Source: Azolla caroliniana
Taxonomy: Eukaryota; Plantae; Polypodiophyta
Direction: 5' to 3'
NCBI GenBank assembly: GCA_043228905.1
Contig: JBHGNT010000016.1
Location: 9,176,001 to 9,240,000 of the forward strand
DNA length: 64,000 bases
Below the pieces are notes generated by a model. That model made no database searches. It was not told where the DNA came from and saw nothing but the letters and a program-made list of their open reading frames with translations. Both the position numbers and the translations under genes were made by a program. Shown here piece after piece: positions 47,880 through 61,535 of the stretch (positions are counted from its first letter, which is position 1; every line of letters starts with the position of its first letter).

Positions 47880-50454
47880 GCTACGGTGTCCGCGTCCGGG
47901 GACGGCAGAGGGCCTCTAGGTGCGTCGTTGTGTGGTTCCCCTGCCTAGTCTGGAGAGCTTCTCGTGGTTTCGCGGTGGTCCTGTGTGGGTGGGCCGGGTT
48001 CTGTGGGCTCTTCTTGGGCGACGGGGTTTGGTGGGGAGTGGGTTTGCGGTTCCTCTTGGTTCGGGACATTCTCCGTGTGGTCGGCTGTAAGTGTCTGCTC
48101 TGGTGGCTGGGGTTCCACTTGGGCGGTGGTGTCGCTGTTTGGTATTACGGGGGACTCCGCTCGCCATTCCGCGTTGTTCACCGTAGTGGTAATTTCTGGT
48201 GACCTGGCCTGAGGTTCCTCTTGTTCGGCAGTACCCTGACTTGGTGTTGCGATGGATTCCTCGTTTGTTCGCGTGTTGCCGGCTTGCGTGATCTGGTGAA
48301 ACAGATCCTCTTGACTTTCGCCAAAATCATCTAGTAGCATTGCGAGTTCTTCGGAATGTTGGTCCGCTAGCATGTGATAGTCTTACGCTAGGTCTTCGCG
48401 TACTGCCGCAATGCTTTCCTCATTTAGTTTATAGAAGCCTCGACCGTCTTTCCTCCTGTTCTCCCAATCCGCTCGATACGCATGCAATTCTGCCGCTTGT
48501 GTAGCCCACGCCATCCATCCTTTGTCTAGCGCCGTTTTTAATTGCGCCATAAACCTCTCTCGATTCGTTTGTAGAAGGATACGCACATTGTCTGTGATGG
48601 CTTGGCAATGGTTGCGTGCTTCTTCTACAGATTTCTTGAGGTTTGCATTTTCTTGCTGATTAACCGCCACCGCTTCCTCATACGTGCTCTTGATACTTGT
48701 CCAAAGCTGGGATTCCTTCGCATGTAGTTCTTCCAGAGTTTCCATTTCATTGTTCAGGCGGATTTCGAGCTGATGCCTTCTCTCTTGTTCGCCCACCAGC
48801 TGCTCGTCGAACCATGCTTTCTTTTTCTCTAATAGGGCCTAGAGTCTCGTGATTGCCGCTTCCGATTTTTTCGCTTCCTCCCGTAATTGAGCGTTTTCTT
48901 CTTTCGTCCGTGTGTGCTATGCTATCTCCACTGCGAGTTTCTCTTCAAGGGTCCTTACTGCCTTTCGGCCATTGGCCCGGATGTCCTTTTCCCTGTCTGA
49001 GGACTGGCAAAGTTCAGCACGGAGGCGGTCAATTTTTTATTCTGCTAGTTGTACGACCCTTTTTGCTTTTGAGGCAATGGCGGTCTGAGCCTCAATCTCT
49101 TCCCTCAGGGTTTTGACAACGTTGTTTGGTGGTGGAGTTGCCTGTTGCGCCGTAGTCGCGTTATTTTCCAACTCCGCGATCCGTTCGTTAGCTTTTTGCA
49201 GCTCGGCTTGGGTCAGTTTAACCTTCTTCCAGACATTCTTATTTTGAATGGCCATCTCCTTGGCGCCCATGCTGACCTTTGCCAGTTCCCTTTGAACTTC
49301 GACTAGGGCCACATTTAATGGGGGTAGTTCCATCCCCATTCGACGTATATCGGCGTTCATCTGTCTACCGACTCTGGCTAATTGGTCCTCATCGTCGCTT
49401 TTTGTCGTTTGTGTTAATGCACGCTCGATCATTTGGCGCTCCGCGTGCTTGGCCATTCGTTGTGAGACTTTTATCTGTTGCGTTGCCAAGAATTCCATGA
49501 GCTCAAAAGAGGTTTCGAACTGTAATAGTGTGCCGAACTCATGGGTTGTGTCCGGGATGTCTAGATACGCCAAGACCTCGCTTTCCGCTGTCAATACGGT
49601 TTTCCCTCGCTGTGATTGGGTCATAATGATCGACCATGGTTCCCGGATTATTTCGAAGGTGGTGCTCGGCTCCGTAGCTGCGGAGCAGTCACCTACGGTC
49701 ATTTTCTCTACAGCTGCGAGTGCGTCATTCACTAATCCTCGCCCATCTTTCCTGTCCAACCTTCGCCTTTTCGGTTTGGGGCTTCCCTGTCGTGGTTTGG
49801 CGTCTGGCTCTGGTGCCGCTTCCTCGGTGCACGCCGCCTGCTCTTCCTGCGTTGTTCGTGTGTTCGGCTGGGCGGGTTGGGGTTCATCTTCCCACTCTAT
49901 GGTGGCTAACTCCACTAACCTTCGCTTCGCGGATCGCGGAGGCGGCGTGGGCTTGCTGGGCTATGGTGCCGACAGCCCTCGGGGTGGGAATAGTACCGTT
50001 AGGTACTATTGTATGATAAGTTTGAGCTTTTTGCCTCCTTGATACGCATGCAGGCCTTCCCTTAATGCCGACCCCGTGATGGCCACCCAATCAACCGCAC
50101 GCCCTTCAAAGGTATCAATAATGATACATGCCTTCTGCTTGGGCATCCCATATGCGTTTACATGAACGCATCCGACCTCTAATAGGAACTTGGAAACTTC
50201 GTGGAAAAAGGGATCCGGGATCTCCTTCGTTCTATATGCCTTGCCGGAGGACGAATATGGACCGAAATATCTCTGCAGCGACTCCGCAGGAGGGATTTTG
50301 AAATGCCTTTCACTTACTGATGACAGGTCCAACTTTTGCTGGATGGATGAGTTGGTGACCGTGTCGATGTTGAGCTTTTTGGCGATGTCCAGTGCAACCG
50401 ACCCGTGGAGGTGCTCGTGGGGTGAAGATTGTTGGTTGCAGTGGGCTTGAGCTC
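47880..50454 (-). pseudogene. G2 accessory ORF (conserved domain, basic motifs, coiled coil)
   Basis: ORFs 50006-, 49037-49915, 48383-48796 and 47945-48373. Confidence 0.75.
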
Positions 50455-53400
50455 TGTTGGGAGACAGGTCCCTCTGGATGGGAAGGGAGAAGAACAGTGT
50501 CGACGAACAATCTCGGCCGAGGCCGAAACCGGATAAGGAGTACCCGGCTACGGAGAGCCAGATGGTGCAGGCCCGATGTGAACCGGATGAGGAGTACCCG
50601 GCTACGGAGAGCCAGATGGTGCAGGCCTGGTGTGAACCGGATGAGGAGTACCCGGCTACGGAGAGCCGGATGGTGCAGAACCAGTGAGAACCGGATGAGG
50701 AGCACCCGGCTACGGAGAGCCGGATGACGCAGACCCGGTGCGAACCGGAGGAAGAGACATATTCGTAAATATGTTTCTGAGAGCCCATCGAGGCTACATT
50801 TGTAAATAGCCGAAAAGTCATATTAGTATAAATATGACTTAGGGCAAACTTTTAGGTGGTTGTTGTTGTCATTTTCTTGTTGGTGCAAGAAGTAGAGAGA
50901 GCACGTAATAGTGTACAGAGAGAGAGAGAGAGGTCGTTGCCTCTGTTGTAACCGTCGTATGTGGCGAAGATCGTGAGTCCGAGGTCGTTGCCTCCGTGAA
51001 CTCATTGTTTTGTACATTCTTACATAGTGACAGTTTGCAGCCTGTGGGCTGCCGTGGTTTTTCCCCTAGTTTGGGGTTTTCCACGTAAACCTCCTGTGTA
51101 TCTTCCTCTTCTTTGTGTCGTGTTCTATTTCCCGTTTTCTGTGTATCATTCTAAGCTCGGTTGTGGCCGAGCGTTGTGTATAAGGAACGACCAGTTCCCT
51201 TCCAGTGGTATCAGAGCGAAACGACACAGAAAATGGACGAATCGTTTGGCGGCATGTTCAAGCTCACCAGCTCCAACTACTCAGTGTGGAAGTCGAAGAT
51301 GAGGGACATGCTCGTGGTTAAAGACCTCTGGTTGCCGATTCAGTTCGGGGACAAGAGACCGGACAAAATCGACGCCGCGATATGGGAGGTGATGCACATG
51401 AAGACAACGGCGTACATACGGTGCTTCATTGACATGAGCCTGTACAACAACTTCAATGAAGAGAGCAAGGCTCATGAGCTCTGGGAGAAGATCGGCATAA
51501 TGTTTCAAAACAAAAATGTTGTTAATCAGGTTTCGGTATTCCGGAAGCTGGTAAGACTCTGGTACCAAGATGGCTCCAGCATGGCGGAGCATATGAATGC
51601 CTTCCAGGGGCTCATACACCAGGCAACGTCATTGGAAGTACCTCTTGCCGATGAGGTACTAGCGCTACTCCTGCTCAGTTCCCTCCTGGATAGCTGGGAG
51701 ACGTTGGTTGTCACTTTGGGCAACGCCGGGCCGGAAGGAAAGCGGTTATCCCTAGCAAGAGTAAAGTCGAGCTTGCTAGATGAGGAGGCGCGTCGGAAAG
51801 ACAAAGATACGAGCTCCGACTCCAAAGCGCTTCTTACCGAATCGGAACGCAAAAGACATAGAAACCGTAGTCCCCAGAACCGGGAGAAGTCGGGGACACG
51901 GTCAAAGTCAAGGGGAAGGCCTACTTGCTTCTATTGCGGCAAGCCGGGACACTTCCAAAAGAACTGTCGGCATTTTCGTAAAGACAAGGAAACCGACGAT
52001 ACCAATTCGAAGCAAACCCCGGACCGGAACGGTAAAGACCGGAGGGGGCCGGACCGGAAGGGAACGACGGCAATCGCAGCAAGTGAAGAAGAGTTGATGC
52101 TCATCACCGAGGAGTGTGAGATAAACCTTGCCGGCGACGAGATGACCTAGGTGGTAGACTCCGGAGCGTCGTTCCACCTTACCCCGAACCGGAAATGCTT
52201 CTCATCCTACTCAGCCGGTGATCACGGCTATGTCCGGATGGGGAATGAAGGAACATGCCGAATTGTCGGCATAGGAGACGTGTGGCTGACAACACCAACC
52301 GGATGCAAGTTGCTGCTGAAGGATGTCCGACACGTTCCAGAAGTTCGTTTGAACCTGATATCAGCCGGTCGGCAAGATGATGAGGACTACACGGGTAGCA
52401 TCCGGAACAGCCTCATGAAGTTCAGCAAAGGGAGTCTAATTGTGGCTCGGGCCCGGAAGGTAAACACACTGTACCTGATGAATGCCCGGTTATGTCCGGA
52501 AGAAGTGAACGTAGCATCCGACACTGCCGGTGAGCTGTGGCACAAGAGGCTGTGTCATATGAGCGAGAAGGGGATGAAGAGGCTTGCAGATGACAACCTC
52601 ATTCCAATGAAGAATGTGGCCGGTAAGCAAAACCAGACCTCCTTCCGACCAAGGCCACCGATGAGACGTAATGCACCACTGGAGTTGGTGCATACGGATG
52701 TGTGTCAGGTAGACACGAAGTCACATGCCGGAGCGCAGTACTTCGTGACTTTCATAGATGACCACAGCCGGAAGCTGTGGGCCACACCGTTGAAGATGAA
52801 GGATCAGGTGTTATCCGTCTTCAAAGAGCTCCATGCGAGAGTGGAAAGAGAAACCGGTCGGAAGCTGAAGGCGGTTCGAGCAGATAACGGAGGAGAGTAC
52901 CGGGGGCAGTTCGAGGAGTACTGCCGCTCGAAGGGAATCCGGCTCGAATTTACCGTGCCGAAAACGCCGGAACTAAACGGACTGGCTGAGAGGATGAACC
53001 GGACCATAATGGAGAGGGTCCAGAGTATGCTAGCGCATGCAAAACTACCCAAGAAGTTTTGGGCTGAGGCACTGTCGACGACGACATATGTGATAAATAG
53101 ATCACCCTCAGTACCCTTGGACGGAGACACGCCACATAGAGTATGGACCGGTAAGGAAGTGTCCTACCGGCATCTGAAGGTGTTCGGGTGTCTCGCGTAC
53201 GTGCATGTAGCAAAGGACCAGAGAGGAAAGTTAGATCCAAAGACCCGGCCATGCATATTCCTCGGTTACGGTGACGATGAGTTCGGCTACCGAGTGCGGG
53301 ACCCGGTCGACAAGAAGGTATTCCGGAGTCGAGATATTATCTTCATGGAGGACAAGACGCTCGCCGACTGGGAGTCGGAGAAGAAGATAATGAACTCCGA

Positions 53401-56014
53401 GTCGACCGGTAAGGACCGACTCTACGATGAGCAGACCCAACCGGCAAGAGACCGGTTAGCACTCAAAGAACCAGCCGGATACGGTGAGGATACCAAACCG
53501 GCAGAAGAAGAGGTAGAGGAAGCTGAGACCGGAACCGGCCAAGACCCCGAATCGGATTCGGATGAAGAGCAAATGGAGGAGCCGGTTACCGAAGCCCGAA
53601 GACGTAGATATCCTCTCAGAGAGAGAAGGACCCCCCAGAGATTTCCGGATGCAGAGCATGTTCTGCTGACCGATGAGGGGGAGCCGGAAAGCTTCAAAGA
53701 AGCAGAGGATGACACCCACAACCGAAAATGGTTAAGTGCCATGCAGGACAAGATGGATTCCCTGCATGAGAACCATACGTACTAATTGGTGGAGTGCCGA
53801 AAGGAAAGCGAGCACTCCGAAACAAGTGGGTGTACAAGTTGAAACCGGGAGATGCTGGCAACCCCCTGAGATACAAAGCCAGGATCGTGGTGAAGGGGTT
53901 CCAGCAGAAGAAGGGCGTGGACTTTGACGAGATATTTGCCCCAGTAGTAAAGATGACCTCCATCCGGACGGTGCTGAGTATAGCGGCAAGCATGGACCTT
54001 GAGGTAGAGCAGCTGGACGTGAAGACGGCATTCCTTCACGGCGACCTCGAAGAGGAGATCTACATGCAGCAACCGGAAGGATTTGTGGAGAAAGGGAAGG
54101 AGCACCTGGTATGCCAGCTGAAGAAGAGCCTATACGGACTAAAGCAGGCTCCCCGACAATGGTACCGGAAGTTCGACTCCTTCATGACCGATCAAGGGTA
54201 CCACAAGACGCAGGCCGATCACTGCGTGTTTGTGAAGAAGTTCGAAGGAGGCGACTTCCTAATACTCCTTCTGTACGTGGATGACATGTTGATCGTCGGA
54301 CGGGACCAAGTCAAAATACGGATGTTGAAGAAGGCTCTCAATCGGACCTTCTCAATGAAAGACTTGGGTCTGGCAAGACAGATGTTGGGGATGCATATCA
54401 TTCGGGACCGGTCAAAGAAGTAATTATGGCTGTCGCAGGAGAAGTACGTGACAAAGGTGCTTCACCGGTTCAACATGTCAGAAGCGAAACCGGTCGGATC
54501 GACACTTCCGGCAAACTGCAAGCTATCCAGTAAGCAAAGCCTGAAGACGAAAGCAGAGAAGGCGGATATGATGAAGATTCCATATGCCTCTGCCGTCCGG
54601 AGCTTGATGTACGCAATGGTTTGTATCCGACCGGACATAGGATACGCAGTCGGAGTGGTGAGCCGGTTTATGAGCAATCCCAGCAAGGAGCACTAGAACG
54701 CGGTCAAATGGATACTCCGGTATTTGAAGGGCACTTCAAATATGTGTCTCCGATTCGGCTCCGGAAAACCTCAACTGGACGGTTTCACCGATTCGGACAT
54801 GTCGGCTGATGTAGATACCAGCCGGTCTACATCCGGGTATGTAATGACATATGCAGGGGGAGCTATTTCGTGGCAGTCGAGGCTGCAGAAGACGGTTGCA
54901 TTGTCAACCACGGAGGCGGAGTACATGGCGTCTGTGGAAGCCGGCAAGGAAATATTATGGATGAAGGACTTCATCGAAGAGCTCGGTATTCGGCAAGAGG
55001 AATACCGACTCTATTGCGACAGTCAAAGTGCCATCCACCTTGCTAAGAATGCGGCCTACCATTCTCAAACGAAGCATATCCAACGAAGATATCACTGGAT
55101 CCGGGAAAGAGTAGATGACCAGGAGTTCGCGCTGACGAAGATCCACACGACCGAGAACGAGTCAGGTATGCTGACCAAAGTTCTGATACCCGACAAGCTG
55201 GATGCATGCCGGAAGCGGATCGGACTGATCAGACACCCCATGCCGGAATGAAGGGGGAGTTTGTTGGGAGACAGGTCCCTCCGGATGGGAAGGGAGAAGA
55301 ACAGTGCCGACGAACAATCTCGGCCGAGGCCGAAACCAGATGAGGAGCACCTGGCTACGGAGAGCCGGATGGTGCAGGCCCGGTGTGAACCGGATGAGGA
55401 GTACCCGACTACGGAGAGCCGGATGGTGCAGGCCTGGTGTGAACCGGATGAGGAGTACCCGGCTACGGAGAGCCGGATGGTGCAGAACCGGTGAGAACCG
55501 GATGAGGAGCACCCGGCTACGGAGAGCCGGATGACGCAGACCCGGTGCGAACCGGAGGAAGAGACATATTCGTAAATATGTTTTTGAGAGCCCATCGAGG
55601 CTACATTTGTAAATAGCCGAAAAGTCATATTAGTATAAATATGACTTAGGGCAAACTTTTAGGTGGTTGTTGTTGTCATTTTCTTGTTGGTGCAAGAAGT
55701 AGAGAGAGCACGTAACAGTGTACAGAGAGAGAGAGAGAAAGAGGTCGCTGCCTCTGTTGTAACCGCCGCCTGTGGCGAAGATCGTGAGTCCGAGGTCGTT
55801 GCCTCCATGAACTCATTGTTTTGTACATTCTTACATAGTGACAGTTTGCAGCCTGTGGGCTGCCGTGGTTTTTCCCCTAGTTTGGGGTTTTCCACGTAAA
55901 CCTCCTGTGTATCTTCCTCTTCTTTGTGTCGTGTTCTATTTCCCGTTTTCTTTGTATCATTCTAAGCTCGGTTGTGGCCGAGCGTTGTGTATAAGGATTG
56001 ACCAGTTCCCGTCA
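50455..56014 (+). mobile_element. Full-length copia C2 (Tork/Tnt1-like)
   Basis: LTRs 50455-51204 and 55262-56014; TSD AGCTC; PBS TGGTATCAGAGC at 51206; PPT AAGGGGGAG at 55251; ~57-bp tandem repeats in the LTR. Confidence 0.96.
51233..55251 (+). pseudogene. gag-pol: C2 polyprotein with stops and a frameshift
   Basis: CFYCGKPGH, VDSGAS, DNGGEY, YVDDM, STTEAEY. Confidence 0.93.
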
Positions 56015-56394
56015 AGCTCTGTGATAGGATGGAGAAGAAGGCGAGGAAGGGGAGCGATGAGAGCGCTGAGAGTTAGGAGGTGGATTTTTGTATTGTGCAG
56101 AAAACCTTCTATTTCCTTCTTTTTGTGGCCTAGGGTTCATTGGGCGGTGAGCCATCGTGGTGCCGCGTGTTCTTGGTCTAGAAGTTTGTGCATGCATTAA
56201 GTCCTTTTTTAATAGCGTCGCTATCTTCTCATTTTTTTTTTCATAACAGTTACATACAAGCCTATTTTTACACTATGATACAAGTAGGGCCGTCTACTTA
56301 CTTGTTTTGTAGCTGGTTCTGTACGCCCATAACACACTATGTAATTTGGTATCCCAGTCCGTTCTATTTTCATTGATGATTTTTTTTATATGGT

Positions 56395-59300
56395 CTACAA
56401 TGTCTTGTTGGTGGATTCCGCCAACCCATTCACCCGCGGATAATATGGCGTACTCTTCTTGTGGACTACGACATAATGATGTGTTAGTTCATGAACCACC
56501 GTATTGAGAAAGTGGCTCCCCTGATCACTGATAAGCTCAATCGGACAACCGAACCGACACCAGATGTGTTCGTAAAGGAATCTCGTTGTGACGGCCGCTG
56601 TATTCTCTCGTAGTGCCTTTGCTTCTACCCACTTGGTGCAATAATCCGTGGCCACCAATATGTATTTATTGCCTGTCCAGGCCGCCGCCGGTGTGAAGGG
56701 GCCCACAAAATCCAATCCCCACTTTTGGAAGGGATCTAACGGTAATACGGGCTGGTGTGGCATTCTTGCGCCCTCTGTGGGCTGGCCCATCCGTTCACAC
56801 AAATCGCACTTTCTGCAATACTTGTACGCATATTTCTATGTAGTCGGCCACCATAGGCCTGCTTGCCATATTTTTTGGGCCGTAACATCGCCTGCGTAGT
56901 GTCCGCCTACCGTGCCACAGTGAGCCTCCTGTAAAACCGCTTCTTTCTCAACCTGACGTACACCGCGTCGCCAAATGCCATCACTACCTTTGTGATATAA
57001 GATTGTCCGTGCGTAATCGTTTCTTCTTGTCCGTGCGTAATTGCGGTGGAGGTAGTCCCGTAGTAAAAAAGTATGTCATTTCCATGAGCCACCAGTCCGG
57101 AAGGTCGTTTCCGTTCTTTCTGCTAGTGCTGCTACCCGCATAATGTTTGCATCCGGAAAGTCGTCGTCGTCTTTCTACACCATTTCTCCATTATCGAGTC
57201 TGCTCAAAAAATCTACCACTGTGTGTTGCGTACCTGGGCGGTGCTGAATTACAAAATCGAAATCTTGAAGCAACAACATCCATCATGCCAATTTCCCTGA
57301 CAATGCTTGTTTCTCCACCAAATACAGCAGTGCCGAATGATCCACGTGGAAATTCCTCCCTAGCAGATAATGCCCGAATTTATTGATGCTATAGATCATC
57401 CCCAACGCCTCACGTTCCGTTGTGGAATAGTTACGCTCCGTTGTTGATAATTTGCGACTAGCGTAGTACACTGGCCGGTACCAATTCGGTTCTGTGAGCT
57501 GAATTGGTGCACTTCCTATTGTTATGTCCGAGGCATCTACGAACACGTGGAATGGCTTCGCCCAAACTGGTGGTTGTACGACGGGTGCCTGCGTGAGCAT
57601 TATCTTTTACGCATCATAGGCCTTGTCTTCCGTTGCAGTCCATTGGAAGGGAGTCCGATGCATGGCGGCATGTAATGGCATGGCGAAGTCCGCCAAGTAT
57701 CGTATCATCCGACTATGCCATCGTATTTGTCCTAAAAACCGGTTGAGTGATTTCGCGTTTGTTGGAGTTTTGGCTTGAGTAATCGCGGAGATTTTGTTCG
57801 GATCGACCGTTATCCCTTCCTTGCTGACTATATGGCCTAGGAGAACCCCGCTAGTAATGCCGAAGGCACATTTCGCGGGATTCGGGCTTAAGCGTGTGGT
57901 GCGGCAACGTTCTAGGCATAGTTGCAGATGCGTAAAATGGTCGGTTGTTTTCCCATATACCGCAAAATCGTCTAAAAACACTTGCATGAATGCCGGAATA
58001 TCTTCCCCAAAAATCTCCGTGATTGTCCGTTGAAATGTCGCCGGCGCCGTCTTTAGCCCGAACATGATGACGATTGCCACATAGACTTCCTAGTCCGTGA
58101 CAAATGTCATCTTCTCTTGGTCATCGGGATGCATGCGTACCTGATTGTATCCACTGAAGCCATCTAAAAAACTGTACATGTCATGTCCTGCGACGGCGTC
58201 TAGTACGCTATCGGTGAATGGTAAAGGGAATGCGTCCGTAATGGTTACGACGTTTAATTTTCGGTAATCCACGCATACTCGTATTTTGTCGTTTTTCTTT
58301 GGAATGACTACTATCGGGCTTAACCATGTGGCTTATTTAACAGGCCGTATGAATCCCACCTTTAGGAGTTTGTCAATTTCTTCTTTTACGCGAGTCGTGT
58401 AGTTTGGGTTCATGCGGTAGCGACGCTGTTGGACCGGTTTTGTGTCTGTTGCTAAATTGATCTTATGTTGATAGAACTTCGGATCTAACCCCTTCATGTC
58501 CTCGTGGGCCCAGGCGAACACATATTTATATTTCTTGAGTAGTTCAATCATCGCATCTCTTTAGTCCGGACTTAATTCTTTTGCGATGGAGAGGAAATAG
58601 GGTTCTAACGCCGTACCCACGTTTACTTCTTCTAGGGCTGAGGCGGTGACTCGTTGTGAAATTTCCATTTCCCTCTCGAATGTTGCCCATGCTCTGCTTA
58701 GTTCTAATATTGACTCCGGGTTTGGTTCGTAAGCCTCGTCGTGGAGAGTAGTGGACGTGGCATATTTTGCCGCAGTTGCAATGACGTCGATTTCGAACAG
58801 CAGAATAATCCGAGGGTGCTCATCTACGTATGCCTCTAATTCTATATAATCCACCCCACCCAACATATTTATATCTTCCGCGTATAATGGTGTAATACCC
58901 TTGGATTGTGTTGCCCTTTCCTCCGTTGGTATGCAAACCTTGGTGCGTCCGTGTCAAAGACTGATACACTTGTGTTGCTAGCTCTGCTTGATATTCACTG
59001 CATAGAGCCACGGTCTGCCCAACAGCACAGGGTATGCCCTTGGGGCGTCCAGGATGAGGAATACCGCTGAGATGGCTACAACCGAGCTCCTTTGACAGTG
59101 GGCTAAGACACACACCATTACTTACTCCTCCGCTCTCAGGTGTTACAGACACACAATAGATTAGCCATAGCTACACACAGATATCACAGAAAATAGAACT
59201 CTATTACAAGACACCACTATAGACGGTCCGTCGCTAATGTCTGTGATATTCGTTGTGACGCTCACCCCAAGTATGCCCATCACCCGCTCTTCCACGGTCT

Positions 59301-61063
59301 GGCGGAGGCGTGGGACTAGTTGCAACAGCTTCTCCATGGTTAACGTTATCTCGCAGCCTGCCAATGCTTGCCAAATGGGGTCCGGGGCCTGTCCTTCATC
59401 CTCCACTAGCTCCATCGTGTTTGCCGATTCCTTCCGCATGCAATCCGTATTTGTCGTGTTTGCATTTTCAACCCATGCCTGGGTTGTTCGCCGTATCTCA
59501 TCTTGCGCGCCCCAATCAACCGTTTTTGTTTGTTGACGTGTCGTGACTTGCTGCACTTCTGCCGTAATCGTATTGACGGCGGGCCCCCTGCCCTTACGTA
59601 CTGGGCATTGTGTGGCATAATGTCCGGGCTGCTAACAAACAAAACAATGGATGCTAGATTCGCCCTTCTCGGCCCATAGTGGTGTGTGCCAATCCCCCGA
59701 TGCGAATTGCTCCTCACGGTCCAGCTTCGTTTGTCGGACCGTACGTGGTGGTTGTTGTTGGTCCCGGCGTGGTTCTTGGTGCCTCTCATCGTCCGAGCTT
59801 TTGTTATATCGCTGGTGGTCCTAGTATAGCCGTTGCTTTCCACAAGGTGTGTTGAAGCTGTCATGTTTGTTTGTCGGCCGGTAATTCTCATAGCGCCGGC
59901 CCCCTTTAGTATACCTGGGCGGACCACGGTAGTCCTCATCCTCTGGCTCGTCTTCCTCGAAATCATTGTGATTCCGGCGATTCCGGTAGTGTCGGTCGTC
60001 ACGTGGGTTGCGATCCATATACCGTGGTCAGTCTTCCTGCCTCCTTTGTTCATTATGGCGTGGGGGACGTTGTGTGTCCATGCTGCGTACTGTGGGCGTT
60101 GCTCTGTTCAACATATTGTATTGGCAGTGCTCAACTGTGTGAGATTTCGAGTGGCTGATTTGACAGTGGATTCGCATGTTGCACTGCACTGCGGAATGCC
60201 TTGAATTCAAGCAAATTGTGCACTGGATTGCTTGACGAAAATGTCGTTCCTCGTCCTGAGGTAACGCTTGTCGTAATGAGGACATGGAACACCTTTCCTC
60301 TTCGTCATCCAGCTCGAGCTATAGCGCTCGTTCGATGACCATATCAACCGTTTCCCCTTTCACGCTACTGTTGTTGAGCAAGAAATGTCTCCCTAGCCTT
60401 GTCCTCCACCGGCCCCCGTTCTAATTTCCGCTGTAAATTTTGGAAACGTAAGCTGAAATCCGTGATCGTCTCGGTCGGCAGCTACTTAATTGTGTAGAAC
60501 TATCCGAGGATTTCGTGTTGTGGAACCCTCCGATGGAAGAACCGCAAAAAGGCGGACTACAACTGGTCGAAGGTCGTGATTGCTGGCAGATCCATTTGCG
60601 AATGCCAAAATGCCGCTCGCCCATCCAATGTTAACCCAAACTCCGTCATTTTGGATTGGTGTGCTACTGCCTCAGAAAGGTTCTGCACCATGTGGTTTGC
60701 ATTCCAGACATTGAGGAACAGGAGAATGTGGGTTGCGGCGTCGGTTTTGCCGTTAAAGCGGGGATAGGCAAAGGCCATGATGGGGGCTACGATGGGCAGG
60801 GAAAGACCACAGTGTTGTTGTGGTGAGCGCACTTCCCACGTATCGCCGAGATATTTGGAGAGCGAGAAGTCGCCTTTGTGGTTCCGATAGGTAGTACTGC
60901 GGTCACTGAGGCGAGGCTTTTGTCGTGCGCGTTCCTCTACCTGGCGTGTAATGGACCTTGTGATTGGCCGGTCTTGTCCTGTTGGTTCTCTGTGGCATTT
61001 GCGGCTAAACATCCATTCGTCACTGTTCGTTTGTGAGAAGACACAGATCACCAAGCGTGCCAA
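56395..61063 (-). pseudogene. gag-pol: G2 gag-pol, degenerate
   Basis: AYPRFNG gag, zinc knuckles, RT FLDD, VDASD, WGLDF/SDQG integrase. Confidence 0.9.
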
Positions 61064-61535
61064 AAGTGTTACCGACTAGGAACACGGTGTATGGTCAGTC
61101 CTTCGACCTAGACCTCCAAGTGACTATGTGACAACGAATGGTAGCATCTGTGCGTAATACTTAGTGGGAGATTCCCCGTAACCAAGCAGTGTATAAGGGA
61201 GACGGCTACAACCGAGCTCCTTTGACAGTGGGCTAACACACACACCGTTACTTACTCCTCCGCTCTCAGCTATTACAGACACACGGTAGATTAGCCATAG
61301 CTACACACAGATATCACAGAAAATAGAACTCTATTACGATACGCCTCTTACATTCAAAATTATACGCTACCTCTCTCAGAGGTTTTCTGCCCTTTATATA
61401 CGCAGGGTCTTTTAGCCATTCACACTTCCCGCGTGAACCGTTACGTGTGTTACAATATTATACTATTCCGTATTCCTGCGCTCTTGTCCGTCGGTTACTA
61501 TTCTGGCGGACAACACCTGGCACGCTTGTGGGACA

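Larger units (their letters stand above)
47705..61535 (-). mobile_element. Non-chromovirus gypsy G2 with accessory ORF, interrupted by copia C2
   Basis: 5' LTR 61067-61535; PBS TGGCACGC; gag-pol 61063-56395; accessory ORF ~56197-56015 and 50454-47880; 3' LTR remnant 47705-47815. Confidence 0.88.
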
